A stretch of 20,308 bases of DNA, taken from assembly GCA_022813865.1 (NCBI GenBank), contig JALDZX010000075.1:62001-82308 (forward strand), given 5' to 3'. Shown piece by piece: positions 10,316 through 19,379 of the stretch (positions are counted from its first letter, which is position 1; every line of letters begins with the position of its first letter). This DNA is from Xylographa opegraphella. Taxonomy: Eukaryota. The translations under genes and the position numbers were made by a program. A model generated the notes under the pieces. It was given only the letters and a program-made list of their open reading frames with translations. It had not been told where the DNA came from and did no database searches.

Positions 10316-11288
10316 CTGGACAGCCAAGCCGGACGACTCGCAACCTTGGATATACGTAGAGCTTCGAAGAGACTGCGTGTGTAACTATATACCGACTTGA
10401 TCGCCAGCCGTTGGTCGTCCCAATGCCTTGGGGTTACTCTTCCACTGCTTATTCTCGCCTTTGCCGGAGGATATGTTTCGCGTACTCCTCTCAAACGTAA
10501 AGCACACTACCACATCACCAAACGAACGAAGGTCATCAAGCGTCACAAAGAATTCGCCAGTAAAGAGCGCAGTCTATCCAGAATATACAGGTACAAAATG
10601 AAAAAGCAAGAAGAAAAGACACCGCGTCCACACCTATCATCCAGTCCAGCCGCATTCCAAGAATCTCCGATACTTGAAAAAAAATAGCATCCAAAGCACC
10701 TGCTTACCCCGACGGGCAAGGCATCGCCCCGAGCCTGACGCTGTCGCCCGCACACAATTCCGCATTCGTGCGGTGAGAAGGGAAAATATAGGCGCCAAGC
10801 CTCAGGAGAGACTAGGTCCTAGCATCAACGACAAGGGCGCTTAACAAGACGACTTGCAGACGCCGAATCTTGCAGGCACGGCTTGGATTTCGCTGTATCC
10901 ATGTCTTGGTTGCGGAAGAGGAAGGGTTTGTTTCTGCAATATGATGGATTGGGGAGCTTGTTGTGATTATTACATATTCTCAGCATTGTGAGAGATGATT
11001 AGGTAGCTCTTTGTTTCTGTGTAAGGAGTGATCTAATCGCTAATCCCAAAGTGGCTAGCACGGACAGGTGTTTCAGAGTCCTCTATTCTGGCCAATCACG
11101 AATCGTGCCGTCTCAAAACCTCTGAATTATGCCTGAAGAAATGACGAGGTAATGTGCGATCGCTAACTCGCACAGTGCTCACTCTCCCGAAAATAACTTT
11201 TTCTACTCCGTATGCAAACCACGCCTTCTTTCTCAATGCAACCGTATCCGCCCATCTACGCCAAAAGACTCCGCGCCATAAAACCCTT

Positions 11289-12872
11289 TCAAAAAACGGC
11301 CGTCAACCGCCACCCCACGCTCATAACCCTCGCGGTGGTGAAGCACACCAGACCCACAAGATAGCAAGCCCCCGTGAACAGGATCAAGCCCCAGTACTCG
11401 CCTCCGTCCAGACTGACGAGCGCGCCCGCGATCGGGATGCCGGTCAGACACCCGAAACTGACGACGGTGTAGCACGTGGCATAATATCGCCCGTACTGCT
11501 CCGTCTCGCACAGCTGGCCCACACAGACCGGTGTCAGGCTGATGTTGCTTCCACTCGCGAAGCCGAAGCCGAGGACGAAGATGACGACGAGGGGGATGTT
11601 GTCGCGGACGGCGCTGTCAGGTGTTGCCGCGGGAAGCCAGAAGCCGATGACGAATAACAGGCACAGGAACACGGTGATGATCATCGTGTTGAAGCGTCCC
11701 CATCGGTCTGCCACGTAGCCTGGGAGCCAGCGCCCAAAGAACGATCCGACGTTCAGAATAGCCAATAGTTGATATGAGAACTTGGAATTGATACCGACGT
11801 GCAGCGCGTAGGACGTGATATAAGAGATTGGAACGAACAAAGCCCATTCGATGAAGAAGACGCCCGCGGTCGTCAAAGCAAAAACTTTGTTTCTGAAGAT
11901 TCCAGGATCGGGCCATACACTACCACCCACCTTGGGTGGAAGACGTGAGCGGATGAACAGATTTGCCAGTATTACTAGAAACAGCAGAATGAATCCCATG
12001 ATCCGTGTAGCCCACGCGAAGCCAATGGTTTCGAATAGATGCTGCAGCATAAGTGGGAACATGATCCCGCCAACAGAGCCTCCAGTGGCAGCAAGACCAC
12101 TAGCATTGCCGCGCGAGACCTTGAAGAAATGGCCGATGGCTGACATGGCAGGCGTGAATAGTAGGGATGTGCCAAGGCCTCCAAAGATACCGAAGCTGAG
12201 GATAAAGTGCCAGTATTCTAAATCTCATATTAGCAATGACCGTGCTGCAATGGCTGCTCCATGGCCCGCTTGAGTTTTCCAGGAGTACACACCGGTGGCC
12301 TCCGCCAAACCCATCACCGCTGCGATCAGGCATACACTCCCTGACAGGATAAGCCACCGCGGACCTTTCGCATCGAATACAGGGCCGATCTGGACCCCAC
12401 AGAAGAAGGCAAGGAAAATGTAGATGCTAAAGATCCAGCCGATAGTGCTTTCATCATAGCCGGCAAGTTGGTGAGTGCTGAGATAGGCTTGGTAGGTCCC
12501 GATGGCATTCGAAAGCCCGAACGCAGCAAGCATAGCACAGAAGGAACCGAAGACCACGAGCCAGGCCTGTAATCCGCCTTCAGGATAGGTCACGTCTTCT
12601 AGTTCAGCTCCCAGGGCCTGCCCTGAGGTTCCCTGCGGTGCAAGTTTACTTGACCCTGGACTTCGCTGGCCTGCCTTTTCCAGATCATGGTCTACATCGA
12701 TGGGATTCCCTCCATGCGGTTGATCGATTGAAGCAATTCCTGGCGGCCTCTCGGGTACCGGCAAATCGCCTTGAAACTCAGAGGTTTCCCGAGGGGAGCC
12801 TGGATGCGTCCGCTTGCCAAGGCCATTATGCTGCATTGAATTATTTTCTAAAGCCTTATTGGCATCAACCAT
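11289..12872 (-). CDS. MFS transporter, monocarboxylate porter (MCT) family, fungal Mch4/Mch5-like, ~502 aa; exons 12872-12293 and 12217-11289
   Basis: Typical fungal MCT N-terminal motif YPEGGLQAWLVVFGSF, then IGWIFSIY..FFCGVQIGPVFDAKGPR, AIGHFFKVSRGNASGLAATGGSVGGIMFP, GRWLPGYVADRWGRFN, VCVGQLC...YGRYYATCY; about 12 hydrophobic segments. Intron 12292-12218: GTGTGT...GCTAAT...TAG joins AEAT-EYWHFILSFG. Exons sum to 1509 nt. Start uncertain (first in-frame ATG 12872; frame is open further upstream). Substrate cannot be read from sequence. Confidence 0.93.
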
Positions 12873-14328
12873 ATCCCTGTAGTCGTTCAAGGAGTTGATG
12901 CTCTCCAGCTCTATCTTTTCAGAATGAGTTTCACACAAGACGCTCGCCTCGAACCCGTCGCTCACAACACTCGCTTGAGCAAGTATGATGCCTCTCGCTC
13001 TCGAAGTCTCGTAGCTGACACCTGAGTATCGGTGGCGCCGAACGAGTCGCAATGTCCGCCAAAGGAAATACAGATCGTGCCATTGTAAGAACAGTAGATC
13101 GTATACACGATATTATGAGCAAAGGCGTCAATATGACCTAGCATGCTAGCATTAGCTCGACGGTGAAAAATTTTAACAGCACAGATCTTAACTAAATAAA
13201 CGCTCCTATTAACTGACTCATGCTCCTCACCCACAGCCGCGGCCCTTTCCGCACCATCGTCATGCCCCTATCTGCTGTACATCTCAGAACACCACGCATA
13301 TTCCTGAACATATGAGAAAGGGTCCGCTTCAACACCTTACCTCACCTAGTATCCCATTAGCGTTGCGGCTTAAATACCTCACACCAGAAAAATTTCCCGA
13401 GGGCCGAGCGGACAGTGGGCAGCAGGGACTGTATTAATTACTGTGTACGCATCGCACTAACGTACCATAGCGCTGGTACGTTTCCCCCTCCCCCCGCCCA
13501 CCCTCCCTCCTTAGCGTCAATAGTCCACCTTCTTTAAACTCTACCCACCTACTTTAGCACCCCAGATCCCCCCCATTAGCCATTTAGCTCCGGAAGAGCA
13601 CCCGCGAATCAAATCGCCCTCTCAGCACAACCACTCTGCTCAACGGCAGAAAGAAAAAATGTGAAGCATGCATGGTGCAACAGCGAGTATGACCGATAAT
13701 CTTCTGTGGGGAGATTTGGAGTGGTCGGCACGTTGTGAAAACAACACGCTCGGTGCACAGACAGGGAGATGGTGAATGTTTGGTTTTTGCTAAGATTCAC
13801 TTTTTTTGTGGGTTTGGGGAGGGATGCCCCTATTATTATTATTGTGGTGGTTAATGCGGGTACGTAGTGTGGTGGCAACAGTGCAAACGCCGTCATTTAG
13901 GCTAGGATTGTTAGATTTTCGGACGATCGGTTATTCGATTATTCAACTACGCAAAAACACAATGGATTTTTGAGGAGTGACTCGATATTTTCATGGAATC
14001 AAACGTTTCAGAGCTGCACTTGCAGATGATCAATTAACATGCACGTAGTCTGAGGCAAGGTATAGATTTACAAGCTATGTATTAATTATTAACGGTAGCG
14101 TCCTATGGTGCATATACAGAGGACTGCCAATCCGGATCATCTATGCACGCCCAAAGACCTAATCCAATGCCACCTTCAAGCAGATATCCCCCTGTGCCAA
14201 TGCCACCGCACTTTTTTTCATCTTTCAATCGTATCCGTCATTGCCGATAAATGACTCGTATGCATGAAACCGCAACGCATAGTGTTCAAAAGTCGTCCGA
14301 TAGTGTCCCAGTCCATCAACTTGTTCTC

Positions 14329-14988
14329 CTACAAGAGAGCAATAGCAGCCAAGCCGAGAGCAGCGATGGCGAATGAGCTGCTCCAACCGAAAGTGGCAGC
14401 GGGGCTGGCAGTTTGAACGGTGATGGGCGCTGATGTAGTGAATGTGGCGTTGGCCGAGGCCGATGGCATGGCGCTGAAGGTGGTGGGGACTTGGGGCTGG
14501 CCATCGGAGTACTCGGTAACTGCGGAAGCAGTTGAGGTGACTTGAGGTTGACCATCGGTGAACTCAGATACTGGTGCCACAGTCGAAGTGACTTGGGGTT
14601 GGCCATCGGTGAATTCCGAGACGGGAGCAACAGTCGAGGTGACTTGAGGTTGGCCGTCGGTGAATTCGGAAACCGGTGCGACGGTGGATGTGACTTGCGG
14701 CTGGCCATCCGTGAACTCGGAGACAGGAGCGACCGTTGAGGTCACCTGGGGTTGACCATCTGTGAATTCGGAGACTGGGGCAACGGTGGAAGTGACTTGT
14801 GGTTGACCGTCGGTGTACTCTGAGACGGGAGCGACGGTTGAGGTCACTTGAGGCTGTCCGTCGGTGTATTCAGAGACGGGAGCAACAGTACTGGTGGGGG
14901 CTTGAGGCTGTCCATCACTCAGTTGAGAGATCTGCGCCGAAGCAACGGCAGCAAGGGCCAAAACGAGGAGGTTCTTCATGGAAGGCAT
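14329..14988 (-). CDS. PIR-repeat cell-wall protein, 219 aa, with signal peptide and probable GPI signal
   Basis: Signal peptide MKNLLVLALAAVASA; nine DGQPQ cores (yeast PIR repeat consensus Q[IV]xDGQ[IVP]Q); S/T spacer; hydrophobic C-terminus SSSFAIAALGLAAIALL; no Cys; single exon. Confidence 0.93.
   Translation of the reverse strand: MPSMKNLLVLALAAVASAQISQLSDGQPQAPTSTVAPVSEYTDGQPQVTSTVAPVSEYTDGQPQVTSTVAPVSEFTDGQPQVTSTVAPVSEFTDGQPQVTSTVAPVSEFTDGQPQVTSTVAPVSEFTDGQPQVTSTVAPVSEFTDGQPQVTSTASAVTEYSDGQPQVPTTFSAMPSASANATFTTSAPITVQTASPAATFGWSSSFAIAALGLAAIALL
14487..14916 (-). repeat. 51-bp coding tandem repeat (17-aa unit DGQPQVTSTVAPVSE[F/Y]T), nine cores
   Basis: Direct alignment of consecutive 51-nt units, e.g. 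gtgacttgaggttgaccatcggtgaactc... vs gtgacttggggttggccatcggtgaattc... Confidence 0.95.
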
Positions 14989-15247
14989 GATGTCGATGAG
15001 ATCTGTCGGTTTCTGGGATGAGGTATTATTTAGATGCTGTTAGCGAATGTGTCGATGAGCTCTGAAGCGAGTGTGAAATGCAAAGGGTATATGCAGGTGA
15101 CCGATGCAAGAATAGATGGTATGTGTGTGTGAGAGTGTGTGGAATGATGATGGAGAAGAAAGGAGGAGGGAGACAGCCAGAGGAAGTTGTTTATGTAGGC
15201 TGTGGTGGCAGCTCCTGCGCGAACATGGTTAGGCAGTGTGGGTAGCA

Positions 15248-15395
15248 CCCCACCCGCCTTATCCACTTATCCAGCCCCCAGCTCCTGCCCCATCAATACC
15301 GACCACTCACAGGCGCCGATGAGAAAGAGGCTTGCATGAAGGTGTGATAGCGCATCCCCTAAGAGCTGGGGGCGGCGGGGATGAGCCCCCTGGAG
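15248..15395. promoter_or_regulatory. Candidate upstream regulatory block of the PIR gene: five SYGGRG (CreA-type) matches plus tandem CTTATCCA x2
   Basis: SYGGRG matches at 15248-53 (-), 15276-81 (-), 15366-71, 15375-80, 15390-95; CTTATCCA at 15258-65 and 15266-73; about 260-410 nt upstream of the ATG. Motif matching only. Confidence 0.3.
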
Positions 15396-17359
15396 GTACA
15401 GCACGACTGCGTTGACGCGGTGAAAGGCGTGCAAGCCTTGACGACACCACTGCTACCGATTCGTATTCAGCAAGCTTTCTCATTGGCGGACAGGATAAAT
15501 GTTACAGTCAGGAAGCGATTGATGCCGTCTGACTGGCCCGTGATCGGCCTGTTTCGTTGCTCGGTGGCCGGAGCAGATTTTTACGAGGTTGGGATTTTCA
15601 CTGGGTGGCAGGATGGGGGGCTGATCGTCCGAACGAAAGGAGTGCGTTAGTACCAAGTGGCGATTGTGACTAAGGTACTGTCAATGATTATTCGAGTGCA
15701 ACAATCACCATCTTGTGTGTCTTTGAGTAATATGCTTCCCTTTACACATCTCTGAAATTGCGACGATGTTTGTTTGTAATAATGGCGAAGTGATTCACTC
15801 ACTCTCCCATCAAATCTCTGGTCGATAAGCGAGAGAATTTGGCCAGTCTATCTTTAGAAGCCCCTATCTCGACTCCACACTTACCACCTAGCGCCAGAAA
15901 CATCCCCGTAGCGACCGGCAAAGCGGCCTCGAGCCGTGAGCCCAATTGGGAAGCCCGGAATAATTTCATCCGGAGAGTTTTGGACCACTGCCACCCCGTG
16001 GTGATAAGTACTTCGTACACAAGCACGTCGACAGCCTCCTCACCCTGCAGTCCTCAGTCTTCTGTTGGCAAGGCTACGAAGTCCGTAGAGAGCTAGTTCC
16101 TGCACCCTCGCACAGGACGAGACGATCGATTAGCAATCCAGCTGGAAGGATTGGCTGACAGCCGGGGGGCGCGGTGGTGCAATCATGGATTACGTCAAAT
16201 ACTCTTCCCCTTCCTTAATGGGGCACCTCGTTGTTGAGGTCAACAACGGGCCAACAATGCCGAGTAGTGCTTCGGCCACCTAACTGTACGGAGTAACTTA
16301 CCGTGCCTCGCGTGCTTAGATGGTTTCACTCGGTCGCCTAGCTCCAACACGCCAGCGTCATGGTCTCGGAGGTGAAAGAGATGAGCGCCAAGCTTGGGGG
16401 CGGGGAAGCTAACACGGATTGAGATCACGCCAGCTCAATGCAAGCTCGGGCCCGGAGTTGAGTTTGGGTTCCTTGTTCCTGGAATCCTTAGACCCATTAC
16501 ACTACCTCGGTACGGAGTACGTTGCTTGGGAGGTACGAAAGTACTCCGGCTACGAAGTCTTGCTGCTTCAGATGAGGAGAAGTCCACGACAGACGGTGGA
16601 TGTACTGTGTAAGGTAGGTAGTGTTCGTGGGGTTGGCGGGGTCGGTTGGCGCCATCGCTGACACCCAAGTCTGCAGCAGCAAGGGGGATGGTAGAAGAAA
16701 CGATGCAGCCATGTTTCCAAAACGCATGGACTACTGCATGCGCGGGCGCGAGGTCAACATGAGCGTTGTCCATTGAGACCATGCGTTTCATATGAGCTTG
16801 GTCTACCTGCAGCTATGTGTTTCAAACGCAATGGCCAGCTCAGCTGTCACCGCCAACTGTTTTATCGATAAGCGCTGTAACCCTCTCGCCATCCCCTATT
16901 CCCGCACCACCCACTTGAAAGTCTCGCCAAGCAAAGGTGGTCCGAGCTTGGGCTAGAGAAACTAGACGGGGCTGGAACGGGAGCCAAGAGCTTGGCGCGA
17001 AATTCTTCAGCCTCAAATTGCCAGCCTCATGAATAATGCGCAGTTGAGCAAGAACTGACGGGGCGACCTCGACGGGTCAGCGTCGCACCACGTCACAAGA
17101 GTCCTTCTCTCCAGCAGTGTCAGCTGTACGGGTGTACTGGTCTTCCTCGCGCACACGCTTCACGTTACTATATTCTTCATAATTGAGCCACTCCAGGATG
17201 TACGATGCCCGGCGATGATAGATCTCCTTCACCCAAACTATATCTCTCTCAACGACCATTCTCCGACTATAGATCGACTTGGAATTCGACGCTGACCTTT
17301 GACGGCAGCGCCTGTCCTGCTTGATTCAATGTGTATACAGTGTCTACACGGGACTCCCG

Positions 17360-19173
17360 ATGGATGCGCCGGGCACAGCATACTCAACCGATCTTCCGAG
17401 CAAGAGGATCATCCTTGCCTGCGATGGTATGTGCTGACCCCTTCAACGTCTCTATAATCTCGTCTCTGCTTTCAAATACTCGATAAGTATTCGAAACACT
17501 CCGGAGGTTGACTCTGCAAAGGTACGTGGCTCAATACCGACAACGGCCTCGACCGGGGTGAGCTCCCCATCCCCAGCAACGTCACTCGCATCCTCCGCGC
17601 GCTCAAGGTCGAAAGCTCCGATGGGGTTCCCCAAATCGCCCACTACGAAGCCGGAGTCGGGTCGCAAGGCGGTCCCCTAACGCGCGTCGTCGGTGGCGCC
17701 ACCGCCGAAGGCATCTCGACCAACATTCGCGCCGGCTACGACTTCATCGCGCAGAATTACGTTCCCGGGGACGAGATATTCCTCCTCGGCTTCTCCAGGG
17801 GCGCTTTCACCGCCAGGAGCGTGGCCGGACTGATCGACAACGTCGGCGTGCTGACGAGAGCCGGCTTGCCTTATCTCGCCGTCATCTTCAAAGACTTCGA
17901 GAACCGTGATAATCCCAACTACGAGTCCAGCTACCCGAATGTGCCGTTTCCAAACAAACCCAGCAACAGCAATCCGCAGTATCGGAAAGAACTTAAAAGG
18001 GTATGCCTCCGACTCCCGACTCCGATAGCAGCAACTGAACAGAAACAAGCGCAAGCTGTCCATCCTGAACGTCCCCATCAAAGCCGTGGCGGTGTGGGAA
18101 ACTGTCGGTACGCTCTCCCGTCCGACACTATGTAATCTCCAAGACCCAAACACCTAAAGACTCCCAGGCTCCCTCGGCATCCCCCGCATCCCGTGGCTGG
18201 AAGGCCTCGGCCTGCAAAGCCGCTCGATGAAAGAGTACCGCTTCTTCGACACGAGCCTCTGCAACTGCATCGAAAACGCCTTCCAAGCCCTCGCGCTCGA
18301 CGAGCGCCGCGCCGCATTCGTCCCCGCCGTATGGGAGAAGTCGCGTACCAACCAAACAGTAAGCACGTCCCCTACCAACTCGCTTCCCCTCCCCCACCCC
18401 CCCCTTTCTAACCTCTCTCCAGACCCTGCGCCAAGTTTGGTTCCCGGGCGTACACTCCAACGTAGGTCCGCACATCCCGCCCCCTTCCGCCCCATACCCA
18501 TTCTGAACCATTCCCCCCCCAAAACAGGCGGCGGCTACGACGACCAAGAGCTCGCCAACATCACCCTTGCGTGGATGATCGCCCAGCTCGAGCCATACCT
18601 CGACTTCGACCCGGACTACATCCGCGCGCAGTACAAGGACACCCGGAACTACTACCTGCAGTCCGGGCAGGACGTCCGCCCCTGGTCCTTCGGTTCGTCC
18701 TCTCCCCCACCATCCTCACCCCCCTCTCACCCAACACTAATCCCCTCCCCCCTCTCCCAGGCGAAATCTATCCCTCCGCCTCCGGCCTCTACGCTCTCGG
18801 CGGCACCACGACCCGCACCCCCGGCTTCTACACGCGCCTCTCGCCCCTCAACGGCCGGCCGACCCGCACCCCGCTACGCAACACGCACGAATACATCCAC
18901 GCCTCGGCGCGCGCGCGCACCGCCCTGCGCGGGCCCGGCCCCGCCGACCGCGGCGTCTACGATTCCCCCGCGCTGGCGGCCTACGCGCTGCGCGTCGCGG
19001 ACTCCCGTGCCCAGGGCCAGCCGCTCGCGGTGTGGGAGAGCCGGGCGCGCAGGAAAGGGGTGCCGCGGAGGGTGTTGGTCGAGAGTCCGTTGTGGGAGAC
19101 GGAGAGGCGCTTGTTGGGGTACAGTCCCGAGGTGGAGGGGGAGGTGTTGGATCCGGGGGGGGAGGTGAGGTGA
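17360..19173 (+). CDS. DUF2235 (Tle1-like) alpha/beta-hydrolase, paralogue B, ~471 aa; exons 17360-17426, 17522-18000, 18050-18107, 18168-18358, 18423-18465, 18528-18692, 18761-19173
   Basis: Spliced translation: [129 protein letters not shown]. Six GT-AG introns of 49-95 nt. Exons sum to 1416 nt (472 codons), ending TGA. The intron 2 acceptor (AAG at 18047-18049) was chosen for frame; the start codon is less certain. Confidence 0.9.
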
Positions 19174-19365
19174 AGGGCTTGGTTGACTGGGCGGGTGTGG
19201 CGTCACTGGGGATGGAGCGGCGGACCGGAGTTACGCCGTCTTGAGTTCGTTTCGTCCGTTCGGAGACGCGCATTGCTGCTTACTAGTGAAGTAACCCCCT
19301 TACGCCGAGCCTGCAGCGCGTACTAGCGCTACGCTTCGTGAATCGCAAAAGCGGACAGCCTCCCA

Positions 19366-19379
19366 CCCCCCCCCCCNNN
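19366..19379. other. Poly-C tract ending in NNN (assembly gap or ambiguity)
   Basis: cccccccccccnnn; spacing and contiguity to the right of 19379 are uncertain. Confidence 0.95.

Noticed and set aside
10397..10687. 96-aa basic + ORF with a hydrophobic start
   Set aside because: TTG start; Lys-richness mirrors the T-rich leader of the minus-strand gene starting at 10315.
14164..14207. CCAATGCCACC repeated twice in the PIR 3' region
   Set aside because: Only 11 bp, two copies, no further structure.
14487..14916. Regular 51-bp array as a possible CRISPR or satellite
   Set aside because: No unique spacers; variation falls on third codon positions of an intact ORF; eukaryotic context.
16513..16548. 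8-bp inverted repeat CGGAGTAC / GTACTCCG
   Set aside because: Short with a 20-nt spacer; expected by chance, no target-site duplication suggesting a MITE.
4312..19173. Bacterial T6SS effector-immunity locus or recent horizontal transfer
   Set aside because: Both DUF2235 genes have spliceosomal introns and fungal-type motifs; no VgrG, PAAR or immunity-like neighbours.
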